DNA of 64,000 nucleotides from Candidatus Velthaea sp. (GTDB lineage: Bacteria > Vulcanimicrobiota > Vulcanimicrobiia > Vulcanimicrobiales > Vulcanimicrobiaceae), in the NCBI GenBank assembly GCA_965214935.1, contig CBDCCS010000022.1, positions 1-64,000 on the forward strand, in the 5' to 3' direction. Below, piece by piece: positions 32,787 to 42,030 of the stretch; position 1 is the first letter of the stretch, and each line of letters starts with the position of its first letter. Under the pieces are notes generated by a model. That model did not search any database, had not been told where the DNA came from, and was given only the letters and a program-made list of their open reading frames with translations. The position numbers were made by a program, and so were the translations under genes.

Positions 32787-33781
32787 CCGTGCCGATTGCA
32801 GCGAATGATTTTGATACGGTTCGCGCGGAGCTCGCGCGGACCAGCGTCTCGGCGACGATGAATTTCATCGTGTGGATCGACGACCGTTCGTTTCGCCCTT
32901 GGGTGCTCGAGCGGATGACGAAGATCCTCGATAAGCATCCCGCCCGAGCGATTATTCTGGACGCTTGCGGCGATAAAGCCGCCGGCGCAACGCTCGTTCA
33001 AAGCCAAGCCGGCGATGCCGACGCAGCGCTTCGCACCGTTCGAGGCGAGCGAGTGGAAATCGTCGTCAATGGGATGTCCCCGGCCGAGATTACCGACTTG
33101 ACGGCATCACTGACCATCCATGGTCTTCCGTCACTCCTCTGGTGGACCGGCGAAGGCATTGTCGATCAGCCCAATTTCAACAATCTTGTCGATCTGGCCG
33201 ATTCGCTCGTCGTTGATTCTTCGGGGACCCGGAATGACAGCACGTCGGTCATCGAACTCGCGCATTTTTTGTCGAGCCGTCCGAGCGTCAACCTACGCGA
33301 TCTTGCATGGATGCGGCTACGGCCGTGGCAAGATATGATAGCGCGGTTCTTCGATGACCCGGCTTTGATGGAAGAACTTTACTCCGTGCGATCGTTACAA
33401 ATCGTGTCGGGGTCGGAGGCCGAAGCGTTGTATCTCGCCGGTTGGCTGGGTAGCCGGCTCGGGTGGACGGCTTCGGGTCATCAAGAGTTCAGCGATTCAA
33501 GCGGCACGCACATCCCATTTTCGCACGAACGTGCGGGCCGTATTCGCCGCGTTCGCTCCGTCGAAATGACGACGACGACGTCGACATACACAACGACGCT
33601 GTCGAACGATGACGACGGCGTGGTCGTCGTCGGAGCGAGCGGAAAAGCCGAGCGGCCCGGCCGGCTCGTACCGTTGCCTGCGATCGATAGCCCGTCGCTG
33701 CTCGAACGCGCGATTCTCGAACCGGCGAACGATGAAGTTTTTGAAACGGCATTACGCATGGTCGGCACGCTGACGGCCTGA
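32783..33781 (+). CDS. opcA: G6PDH assembly protein OpcA
   Basis: HPAR, LWW, VDS, DLAWMRL.PW, LAGWL..RLGW; directly follows zwf. Confidence 0.9.
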   Translation: MTVPIAANDFDTVRAELARTSVSATMNFIVWIDDRSFRPWVLERMTKILDKHPARAIILDACGDKAAGATLVQSQAGDADAALRTVRGERVEIVVNGMSPAEITDLTASLTIHGLPSLLWWTGEGIVDQPNFNNLVDLADSLVVDSSGTRNDSTSVIELAHFLSSRPSVNLRDLAWMRLRPWQDMIARFFDDPALMEELYSVRSLQIVSGSEAEALYLAGWLGSRLGWTASGHQEFSDSSGTHIPFSHERAGRIRRVRSVEMTTTTSTYTTTLSNDDDGVVVVGASGKAERPGRLVPLPAIDSPSLLERAILEPANDEVFETALRMVGTLTA

Positions 33782-33824
33782 TTGGTTGCGCGGTGTTTGA
33801 ACCGCGGCAAACGAAGCGCCGGTT

Positions 33825-34550
33825 ATGCCCGTCGCACATTTCACGGTCGTCCGCGATCTCGCCGAACTTGCCGAGACCGCGGCCGATCACTTCATCGGCG
33901 TCGTCAATGCGGCGATTGCCGAACGCGGACACGCCGCCGTCGGGTTGGCCGGCGGATCTACACCGCGGGCCATGAACGAACGTCTAGCAGCGGCGCCACG
34001 GCGCGCACAAATCGACTGGTCGAAAATTCGGTTCTATTTTGGCGACGAACGCTGCGTTCCGCCGGATCATGCCGACTCCAATTACCGCATGACGCGTGAA
34101 TCGCTCTTCGAGCCGCTCGGCATTTCGGCCGGCACGATCTTCCGAATTTTCGCCGAGCTTCCACCGCAGGCGGCTGCCGATGCGTATCAGGTCACGCTGG
34201 GCGATCTTGGCGCGCCGCCCGTTTTCGACTTGCTGACGCTCGGGATGGGTCCCGACGGTCACACCGCTTCGCTCTTTCCCGGCACGCTAGAAACGCTCGA
34301 CGACCGGCGCTTCGCGGCCGCAAACTTCGTTCCGAAGTTTGACACATTTCGGATTACGCTGACACCGCAGGTCATACGCGCTGCCCGCTCGATCATGATG
34401 ACGGCGGCGGGAGCGGAGAAAGCCGCTTCACTGCACGGCGTCGTCGATGGTCCACCGGACGTCGATCGTTATCCCGCCCAAATCGTCGCCCGGCTTCCGC
34501 AGGCATACTGGTTCGTCGACGCGCAGGCTGCAGCCGGCCGGCCTGCGTAA
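33825..34550 (+). CDS. pgl: 6-phosphogluconolactonase
   Basis: LAGGSTP, GDERCVP, LGMGPDGHTASLFP. Confidence 0.96.
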   Translation: MPVAHFTVVRDLAELAETAADHFIGVVNAAIAERGHAAVGLAGGSTPRAMNERLAAAPRRAQIDWSKIRFYFGDERCVPPDHADSNYRMTRESLFEPLGISAGTIFRIFAELPPQAAADAYQVTLGDLGAPPVFDLLTLGMGPDGHTASLFPGTLETLDDRRFAAANFVPKFDTFRITLTPQVIRAARSIMMTAAGAEKAASLHGVVDGPPDVDRYPAQIVARLPQAYWFVDAQAAAGRPA

Positions 34551-34558
34551 GCGGAAAA

Positions 34559-36466
34559 CTACCGCTTCGGCGGCGTCGCCGGCAAGAGTGTCGTCGACGG
34601 CGTCACCGCATCGAGCGTTGAGCCCCCGAGTTGCGAGGCGTCGATATTATAGGTCGAAAAGACGGTGCCGCCCACTCGGTTAAGCTCGACGACCGCGTTG
34701 TTGAGATCGGTTTGCGCTTGAAGTTCGCGTCCGCGATTATTCGCAACATCGAGCTGGCGCTGCAAAACCAAAAACGTCGTCGAACTGCCGACGGCGAACC
34801 GTCGCTGTTCGGCAAGCAGAACGCGTTCGGATGCTGCGCGAGCACGGCCGGCCGCGTCGAGACGATACTGCGTTTCGCGAAATTGCTGAATTGCGTTAAC
34901 TGCTTCTCCACGCAGCCGTTCGAGTAATGCAATCTCCTGAATGCCGACTTGCTTTGCTTGTTCGCGCGTTATTTGGTAATCGGCTTTGGCCGTCCGATTG
35001 CCGAGCGAATATGTAAAAGTGATGCCGATGTTGTACGTCGGAAAGCGGTTATCGAGCGTATTGCGCCACGATTGTCCGAAACCGCCGACTTGATTCTGCG
35101 GGTTGATCCCGAATCCGACGGGTAATTGCGGCAGCGGATTGCCGGCCGCTGCAAGCAGCGCATTGATCGCCGCGGTCTCTTGACCGAGCAATCCGAAAAT
35201 CGGGTTGTTAAGCGGGTTGCTCGTGAAGCCCGCAAAACCGTTCGATGCGTAACCGAGATTCAAATCGATCTGCGGTTTAAGTTGATCTTTGGCAAAGGAG
35301 AGATTCGTCTCTGCAACGCTGCGCTGCGCGCGCAGTTGAGCAACCTCCGGGCGATTTTTAAGTGCCGAGACGACCAAGTCGTTCAACTGCGGTTCAGCGG
35401 GTAAATTAATAACCGGCGATGTCGGCACGAGATTCGAGACCCAAACCGGATCGGCCGGGTTCGCCAATATGAGCTGCTTGAGCCCAACTTGCAAACGCTG
35501 AACGTTCGCGAGCGCAGCAAAGACGTTATCTTGAAAGACGTTGACTTGCGTTTGTGATTCGACGATTTCAACGGGTGCAACCGCGCCGCGGGCAGATAAG
35601 CGCGCATTCGATTGCGCCTGAGCCTGCGCTTGTTGCAGTCCTTGTTCTTGGATGCCGACGTTGCGCCAAGCAGCGACGAGATTCCAGTACGTGTTCGAGA
35701 CAGACGTTATCGTTTGGGATGCGGTGAGCAGGGCTTGTGCGCGATTCGTTTGCGCGTTCGCCGTTACGAGCGCCAGTTGCCGCCCGGTATCATTTAAGCC
35801 GGTCCCGCGACCCAGCGGCTGGGTAAAATTAAACCGCAGCGCCGTCTCGTAGTACGGATTGTAGCTATTGAGCGTTGAATTTGAATTAATATACGTCTGC
35901 TCGGCGCTGACATTGAATCGCTGTCCGCTGCGCAGTTGGCCGTTGAAGCCGCCGGTTGCACCGGCGGTATCTTGGGTGATCGGCCCGCCGTTAGGCCCGG
36001 ACATGAACGAACTAACCGCCGCCGTCGTGCTGTGCTCGAAGCGCGGCGCAAGCGAGAATTGGACATCGTACGCACCGCGCGCGGCAACGATCTGGTAATT
36101 TGCGATCCGCTGATTTGATTGCGCGACGGCGAGATCGGTATTGCGGGTCAAAGCCATGCCGATTGCGTCGTCGAGGGCGATGCCCACGAAGGGTTGCTGA
36201 TCGACGCCGACAAGATCGCCGCTAGGCAGCGGCCCGTTGACCGGAGCGCCGTAACCCGGCGCCACGTTCGGGACGCGCGGCAAGACCGGCGGAACGGGCG
36301 GCGGCGGCAGACCGGTTGCCGAGTTCGCGGACTGCCCGCGGGACTGCGGCGCGGCCGGCGCCGGCGAGCTTTGGACCGCCGGCGTTTGCGTTGCTGCAGC
36401 CGCAGGCAACGCTAACGAGACAGATGCCGCCGCACTCAGCGCGTACGAAAGAAAACGAGACTTCAC
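34559..36466 (-). CDS. TolC-family outer-membrane efflux protein
   Basis: Signal peptide, Pro-rich linker and two OEP-like repeats. Confidence 0.9.
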   Translation of the reverse strand: MKSRFLSYALSAAASVSLALPAAAATQTPAVQSSPAPAAPQSRGQSANSATGLPPPPVPPVLPRVPNVAPGYGAPVNGPLPSGDLVGVDQQPFVGIALDDAIGMALTRNTDLAVAQSNQRIANYQIVAARGAYDVQFSLAPRFEHSTTAAVSSFMSGPNGGPITQDTAGATGGFNGQLRSGQRFNVSAEQTYINSNSTLNSYNPYYETALRFNFTQPLGRGTGLNDTGRQLALVTANAQTNRAQALLTASQTITSVSNTYWNLVAAWRNVGIQEQGLQQAQAQAQSNARLSARGAVAPVEIVESQTQVNVFQDNVFAALANVQRLQVGLKQLILANPADPVWVSNLVPTSPVINLPAEPQLNDLVVSALKNRPEVAQLRAQRSVAETNLSFAKDQLKPQIDLNLGYASNGFAGFTSNPLNNPIFGLLGQETAAINALLAAAGNPLPQLPVGFGINPQNQVGGFGQSWRNTLDNRFPTYNIGITFTYSLGNRTAKADYQITREQAKQVGIQEIALLERLRGEAVNAIQQFRETQYRLDAAGRARAASERVLLAEQRRFAVGSSTTFLVLQRQLDVANNRGRELQAQTDLNNAVVELNRVGGTVFSTYNIDASQLGGSTLDAVTPSTTLLPATPPKR

Positions 36467-36495
36467 GAGAGCTCCTACAAGAATGAACGAAACGA

Positions 36496-36531
36496 CGACC
36501 GGCCCGGCATTGCGTTGCCGGGCACCGGTCG
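36496..36531. other. Intergenic stem-loop between the hlyD-like and tolC-like genes
   Basis: cgaccgg-cccggca ... tgccggg-ca-ccggtcg inverted repeat. Confidence 0.55.
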
Positions 36532-37920
36532 CTACTTCACCTGCACGCTGGTCTCGACGGACATACCAGGCCGCAACGGCTTGTCGGCGGGCGCGTCGTG
36601 AACGACGACGCGTATTGCAAGCCGCTGAGTAACCTTTACGAAGTTGCCGGTGGCATTCGACGCCGGTACCAAGCTAAAGGTGTTTTGGGAAGCCGGCGCG
36701 ATTGCGGTGACTTTACCTTGGAACGTCGTGCCTTTGTACGCATCGACCGAAATATCGACCGGTTGCCCGACGTGAATGCGCCCGAGCTGCGTCTCTTTAT
36801 AGTTTGCGGTGATATAGGTGCCGTAACGCGGTACGATGTCCAGCAGCGATTGACCCGGCGCAACGGTCGCACCGATCTCGACGTTTTTGGCGCCGACAAA
36901 ACCATCGATCGGCGACCGGATAACGGTGTAGCTCAATTGATCTTGAGCCGTCCGGACTTGCGCATCGAGTGACTTCACTTGCGCTTGGGCGGCGTTCGAT
37001 TGCGCTTGTTGCGCCGTAATCCGAAGCGGCGTACTCGATTCGGTCAAGCGGCCCTGAGCTGTCGTAAGCTGACCGCGTTGCGCGCCGACTCCGGCCTGAG
37101 CCGCATCGGCACTTGCAATGGCGGCGGTGAAACGCGCTTGCGCTTGCGCGACCGATGTTTGCGCCGCTGTTACGTTGTCGAGTGCCGCTTGATATTGCGC
37201 TTGGGCTTGGGCTTGGGACGCTCGGTCGGCATCGAGCGTCTGCTGGGCGATGTCGCCCGTTCGAACCAGCGCGGTCGTTCGAGCCAGATCGGCATTTGCG
37301 CGAGCGAGATTCTGCTGGGCGCTCGGCACGTTCGCGCGGGCAACCCGTAATTGGGCCTGCGCTTGTCCCACGGCCGCCCGAGCCGCCGCGACTTGCCCGA
37401 TCGCTGAAGCGGTGGTTGCAGAGGCATCGAGGATCCCGGCTTGCGCCGAGGCAATGGCGCCGTTATTCTCCTCGTTTTGCGCCGCTTGAGTGGCGCTGCT
37501 CAAGCTTACGTTCGTCGAAGCGGCACTCGCCTGCGCGCGTTGCGCATCGCGGTTGGCAATCGCAACGGCGAGCCGGGTGCGCTCGTCAACATCGTCGAGC
37601 CGAATGAGGACTTGGCCCTTACTCACCGGTTGATTCGTATCGGTCAAAACGCGCGCGACGCGTTCAGAAATTTTACTCGTGACGGCGACGGTATCGGCGT
37701 CGACCCGTGCGTCGTCGGTCGATTCGTGCGCCGTTGCGTACAGCAAATACTTGATGCCGTAAATCAAGCCGACGATAACTGCCGCGCCGATGATGATGAA
37801 CAGCCACAGCGGAGGACGTTTACGGGCGGCTTTCGGCGGATCGCCGCTCGGCGGCGCAGGCGAAGGCCCGCGGCCGTCGCTCGGCTGGGCTTTGGGCGGC
37901 GCTTCGGTGCGGGATTCCAC
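36532..37920 (-). CDS. HlyD/EmrA-family membrane fusion protein
   Basis: ESTDDA, long coiled coil, ANYKETQL, NATGNFVKVTQR, LRPGMS. Confidence 0.95.
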   Translation of the reverse strand: MESRTEAPPKAQPSDGRGPSPAPPSGDPPKAARKRPPLWLFIIIGAAVIVGLIYGIKYLLYATAHESTDDARVDADTVAVTSKISERVARVLTDTNQPVSKGQVLIRLDDVDERTRLAVAIANRDAQRAQASAASTNVSLSSATQAAQNEENNGAIASAQAGILDASATTASAIGQVAAARAAVGQAQAQLRVARANVPSAQQNLARANADLARTTALVRTGDIAQQTLDADRASQAQAQAQYQAALDNVTAAQTSVAQAQARFTAAIASADAAQAGVGAQRGQLTTAQGRLTESSTPLRITAQQAQSNAAQAQVKSLDAQVRTAQDQLSYTVIRSPIDGFVGAKNVEIGATVAPGQSLLDIVPRYGTYITANYKETQLGRIHVGQPVDISVDAYKGTTFQGKVTAIAPASQNTFSLVPASNATGNFVKVTQRLAIRVVVHDAPADKPLRPGMSVETSVQVK

Positions 37921-38510
37921 TAGTGAGCTCCGTTCAAAAAAAGATCGACCATGGCGTTGAGATCGTCAGCATGAATGACGTACGAATTCCAGATCTTGCG
38001 CGCGACGACGTATGAGAAACACATGCCCATGAAAAAGGTCGCCAGACGCTTGGAATCGCCGTGAATGTGACCCAGCCCGATCTGCTGTGCGAAATACGAT
38101 TCGAGCACTTGCATGAACTGTACCGGCCCGCGCCACTCGGGATCGCTGTGCACGATGTCGCCTCGAGCGTCCTCGGCCATGGCGATGCACAGCATCGCGC
38201 GCTGGACGTGCATGCGCTCCACAAGCGACGTCGCGATCGTTCGCAGATCGTCGCGGACATTGCCGGTCAGCGTCGCGAGTACCGATTCAACGAACGCGAT
38301 CGGACAAGCTTCTTCGCGCATCGCCGACAACAGCAGATGTTTACTGCCGAAGTGGCGGAACAGTGTCGCTTCGTTCACACCGGCCCGCTCGGCGACGAGC
38401 CGCGTCGTCGTGCCGCGCGTTCCGTTTTGTTCGTACACCTCTTTGGCAGCCGCGATGATGCGCGCACGGGTTTCATCCGACGATGAACCGGGCCGGGCCG
38501 ATATTTGCAT
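37920..38510 (-). CDS. TetR-family regulator
   Basis: TTTRLVAERAGVNEATLFRHFGSK HTH. Confidence 0.95.
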   Translation of the reverse strand: MQISARPGSSSDETRARIIAAAKEVYEQNGTRGTTTRLVAERAGVNEATLFRHFGSKHLLLSAMREEACPIAFVESVLATLTGNVRDDLRTIATSLVERMHVQRAMLCIAMAEDARGDIVHSDPEWRGPVQFMQVLESYFAQQIGLGHIHGDSKRLATFFMGMCFSYVVARKIWNSYVIHADDLNAMVDLFLNGAH

Positions 38511-39550
38511 TAGTTCTTTTTCACGAATACAGAATCGGAAATCGCGACGTTTGTTTGATAATCCGTATACGTTCCGTTCGCAACGGCGCGCACGTGCGGA
38601 ATGTGTATTTCGGCGAGCTGCGAGCTTAGCATCGTGTTTCCGCCCAGCACCGTAAAGTGCTGCGTCATCGTAATAACGCCGCCGTTATAATAATCGTAGC
38701 GGATTCGGTCGATCGTCCAGCCGGCCGGATCGATCAACACGGTTTCATGATCGATCATGCCGCGCACGCGCTGAACCATATGCAGCGCAATATCCGATCG
38801 GTTCTCGAACTGCTCGCGGCCGGCATACGTGATGGCAAACCGCTGATCCCAGTTCGCCGGATCGCCCACGTCGCTGTACAGTTTCTCGAATCCCTTCGCG
38901 TAGGACGGCACGCGATCGAAAACGACTTCATAGTTGGCCGGACGCTTGAAATACGTCGACCCTTCGAGATGCTGCGAAATATATGGAAACGAAATCAATC
39001 GAATGTCCACATGCAACCGCGATTGGTACGAAGACAGCGCCGGATTGCGTTGCATGACGCGCGCGAGAATAGCGGCCGGGTCGGTATCCGTCGTATCGGC
39101 TCTGGCCGGTGCGCTCGGACCGGCCAACGCTACGATCACGGCGATCGCCGCGGCGGCACCACGAAACATTCCGCCCAAACCGCCGCGTTTACGCTGCGGC
39201 ACCGGCTCGTCGGAAGCCGCGAGCGGAAACGCGAACACGCGCTCGAGGCCGTTGAGATGGATGATCGCGCGAACGGCTTCGGTCTCGCCGCTGAGTTCGA
39301 GCGCACCGCCGAATTCACGCAAGCGGCGCAGCGCGGATATCAACGTGGCAATCGTCGGTGCCGACAGCGACTCGCCGCCGAGAACGACGCGTAAGCGCGG
39401 GTTCTCCCGGCCGTTTTGCACCAACGTATCGGTAGCCGCTGAGATCGCCGTACGTGCCTCGGCGCCGTCGGCGCTCAGACGTAAAACTGGTTGAACCGGC
39501 TCAAGCGTCATCATGGCCCCTGGTGCTAAATTGCGTGCAAGTACTTGCAT
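38510..39550 (-). CDS. STAS domain - TM - LolA-like extracytoplasmic domain fusion
   Basis: IATLISALRRLREFGG.L.L...VRAIIHLNGLERVF (STAS-like); hydrophobic helix; beta-rich C-terminal domain (TYFKRP..VVF, VLID..W..RIRY). Confidence 0.7.
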   Translation of the reverse strand: MQVLARNLAPGAMMTLEPVQPVLRLSADGAEARTAISAATDTLVQNGRENPRLRVVLGGESLSAPTIATLISALRRLREFGGALELSGETEAVRAIIHLNGLERVFAFPLAASDEPVPQRKRGGLGGMFRGAAAAIAVIVALAGPSAPARADTTDTDPAAILARVMQRNPALSSYQSRLHVDIRLISFPYISQHLEGSTYFKRPANYEVVFDRVPSYAKGFEKLYSDVGDPANWDQRFAITYAGREQFENRSDIALHMVQRVRGMIDHETVLIDPAGWTIDRIRYDYYNGGVITMTQHFTVLGGNTMLSSQLAEIHIPHVRAVANGTYTDYQTNVAISDSVFVKKN

Positions 39551-39600
39551 TAAAGTCTATGGTACGGTAATTCTTTTTAGAATGCAAGTGCATGCACGCA
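39532..39600 (-). promoter_or_regulatory. Sigma70-type promoter flanked by paired palindromic operators
   Basis: Minus strand TTGCAT-17 bp-TACCAT-8 nt-ATG; 20-bp inverted repeats at 39532-39551 and 39581-39600 (18/20 match). Confidence 0.75.
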
Positions 39601-39619
39601 CGGTTAAGCGAGCTCTCTA

Positions 39620-40402
39620 ATGATCGGCGAGGTCGAGCTCGTGGCGATTGCCCGTGAAGCGGCGATCGAAGCATTCTCGATCGTCATCACGCCGCTCGAC
39701 GGCGGCGCTCCGACGATCGAAGCGCAGACGATGCGCGATCTCTACCCCGCCAGCATGATCAAGACGCCCCTGGCCGTTGCCGTCGCCGTAGCGGCCGCCG
39801 CCGGCCGGCTCCACTGGTCGGAACGGATCGCGGTCGCCCCAGCGAACCTGACGTTCAACGACGCACCGTCGCCGCTCGTCCTCGGCGCGTCGGCCACGCT
39901 CGGCGAACTACTCGAGCTCATGCTCGAACGCTCGGACAACGTCGCGACCAACATGCTCATCGATTGCGTCGATCGCCGGCAGGCCACTCGCGACCTCGTC
40001 GCGCTCGGCTTCACCGGCACGGCGATCCGGCGTAAAGTCTCCGGTGCGCTGCCGCTCGTTGCCGATCCGGATGCAACCGGACGCAACACACATCCGGCGG
40101 CGGAAGCGGCTGCGTTGTTCGGTCGAATCGACGCTGGAACGATACCGGACTCGGCCCGAATCGGTCGCGCACTCGAACGGCAATATTGGAACGCGAAACT
40201 GTCGTCGGGGCTGGAGCCTGCCGATCGCTTTGCGCATAAAACCGGCGACACGGACGACGTCTCGCACGACGGCGGCATCTTGACCTTACACTCCGGCGAG
40301 CGCTACGCGCTCGCGGTCTACACCGCGCTGAGTTCGACGGCTGAAAACGATGCGAAATTCGGCCTGTTTATGCGCGGCCTGCGTCCCCGGCTCGTGCGCT
40401 AG
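39620..40402 (+). CDS. Serine hydrolase, class A beta-lactamase-like
   Basis: ASMIK (SxxK), SDN, HKTG, HDGG; no obvious signal peptide. Confidence 0.88.
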   Translation: MIGEVELVAIAREAAIEAFSIVITPLDGGAPTIEAQTMRDLYPASMIKTPLAVAVAVAAAAGRLHWSERIAVAPANLTFNDAPSPLVLGASATLGELLELMLERSDNVATNMLIDCVDRRQATRDLVALGFTGTAIRRKVSGALPLVADPDATGRNTHPAAEAAALFGRIDAGTIPDSARIGRALERQYWNAKLSSGLEPADRFAHKTGDTDDVSHDGGILTLHSGERYALAVYTALSSTAENDAKFGLFMRGLRPRLVR

Positions 40403-40917
40403 TTCCCGTTCCAGCGGGTGAATCGCGGCGGCTTGCGATACGGCGGCCCGACGAGGATCGCGATATCCAGGTGCTGCGCGAATTCGATTTGGCGCGGATC
40501 GCCGGCATACGGATCGCCGTCGACAAACACGGCTACCCGTTCACCCGGGCGCGGCTTAGCGCCCGCGACGTTCGTGCGTCCTAAGGGCCGGCCCCAAATA
40601 TCAAAGAACTCACCGAGAGTAAACTCGCGGAACGAGGGCGATTCAACGTGAATGATCCCGTCCGGCGTATGGGTGTGCAGCCAGTACAGGCACGTTCCGG
40701 CGACCGGACGTCCAACGTCTTCGGGGATGACGAGCGGCCGGCCATGGTCGAGAATCGTGAGATGCGGGTGAATATGCAGCGCGACGCCTTCGGCTGCGTC
40801 GCAGCCGATACCGTCGACCCGTTCGCCGCTCGGCACGACGGCTGCCGCCGCCAACATCGTCGCCAGCAGCGCGCCGCACAGCGCAAGAGACCATCGGGCG
40901 AAGAGCACGGGCAGCAA
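40399..40917 (-). CDS. Secreted hypothetical protein with His motifs
   Basis: Signal-like N-terminus; HIHPHL, CLYWLHTHTPDGIIHVES, TLGEFFDIWG. Confidence 0.8.
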   Translation of the reverse strand: MLPVLFARWSLALCGALLATMLAAAAVVPSGERVDGIGCDAAEGVALHIHPHLTILDHGRPLVIPEDVGRPVAGTCLYWLHTHTPDGIIHVESPSFREFTLGEFFDIWGRPLGRTNVAGAKPRPGERVAVFVDGDPYAGDPRQIEFAQHLDIAILVGPPYRKPPRFTRWNGN

Positions 40918-40952
40918 CTACGCTGACGTTTCAAACCGCGCCTGTCGCCGGT

Positions 40953-41927
40953 TCAGCCGTAACGCGAAGCGATGCGGCGTGCGATGTCGCGCGCGATCGA
41001 ACGCGCCGTCTCGGGTCCGATGACTTCGGCTTCGGCGCCCCAACCGAGCGACCAACGGACGATTTCGAGCGGATCGCTCACCCGGTACGTGATGTCGACT
41101 CCGCCGTCGTCGCGGCGCGCCGTTCGTTTATCGCGCGCGACGTTTGCAGCAACGGCGGCTTTTGCGACGATCGGCGAAAAGCGCACCGTCACCTCAGTTA
41201 AACTATCGCCGTGCCAAACACCGCTGACCGAATTCGCACCGTACGCATCAAGATTGAAATCCACCGGTCGCTCGAAGATTTGGGGCGAGACGTCGGGCTC
41301 CGACATGTTGTCGACGGCAAACACCCGCATGTCGTTGCGCGTATGATCGAAGCCGACTAAGTAGATCCGGCCCGAGGAAACGATGAAGCCGTACGGATCG
41401 ACGCGCCGCGTGGTGCGGGCGCCAAGCTTATCGACGTAACCGAAGCTCACGCGGCGGCGCGTCCGCTCGGCTTGCTGCAACGTCTCGAAGATACGTTCGA
41501 CATTCGGCTCGAGCGCCACGGAATCAAGCCGAATTGCAAATGAGGATGCGTCGACGGCATTGGTCGCGCGCCGGTCGCTTGACGCCAGCAGTTTCGTCGT
41601 CGTTTCATCGATATACGCCGCAAGCGTCCCGCCGAGCGACGATCCGAGGCGTTTGAGAGTGACCAAACCGAGCAGTTCGCGCTGCGTGAGATTCAGGCGC
41701 CGCAGACTGTAGCCGTCGGCAAACCGGTACGTTCCGGTCGCCCGGTCAAAGTACCACGGGAAGCCGGCTTCCGATAAAATCGCCAAGTACCGGCGCAGAC
41801 TGCGCGTTCCCGGCGGCTTGCCGTCGCCGATCCGACCTTTGAGATCCTCGAATGAGTAACGGGCCTCGTCGATGGCATTGAGCAGCCGCACCAATAAGAC
41901 GACTTTCGGCTCCGACCGCTCTTCCAT
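40953..41927 (-). CDS. wHTH-WYL-WCX transcriptional regulator
   Basis: N-terminal HTH (RSLRRYL..L), RRVDPY, IYLVG, RVF.VD, WSLGWGAEAEVIGP. Confidence 0.92.
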   Translation of the reverse strand: MEERSEPKVVLLVRLLNAIDEARYSFEDLKGRIGDGKPPGTRSLRRYLAILSEAGFPWYFDRATGTYRFADGYSLRRLNLTQRELLGLVTLKRLGSSLGGTLAAYIDETTTKLLASSDRRATNAVDASSFAIRLDSVALEPNVERIFETLQQAERTRRRVSFGYVDKLGARTTRRVDPYGFIVSSGRIYLVGFDHTRNDMRVFAVDNMSEPDVSPQIFERPVDFNLDAYGANSVSGVWHGDSLTEVTVRFSPIVAKAAVAANVARDKRTARRDDGGVDITYRVSDPLEIVRWSLGWGAEAEVIGPETARSIARDIARRIASRYG

Positions 41928-42030
41928 GATGCCGCCGTTCGGCGCCGGGTGACCCGCACTCTGCGCATGCCGCAGACAGTCACTGGCGAAAGTCGTCTTA
42001 GGCCAAGCCCGCGCGTAGTATCATCAGCGT

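Noticed and set aside
39620..40402. True beta-lactam resistance gene
   Set aside because: No signal peptide and no clear omega-loop Glu166 motif; only family-level similarity can be supported.
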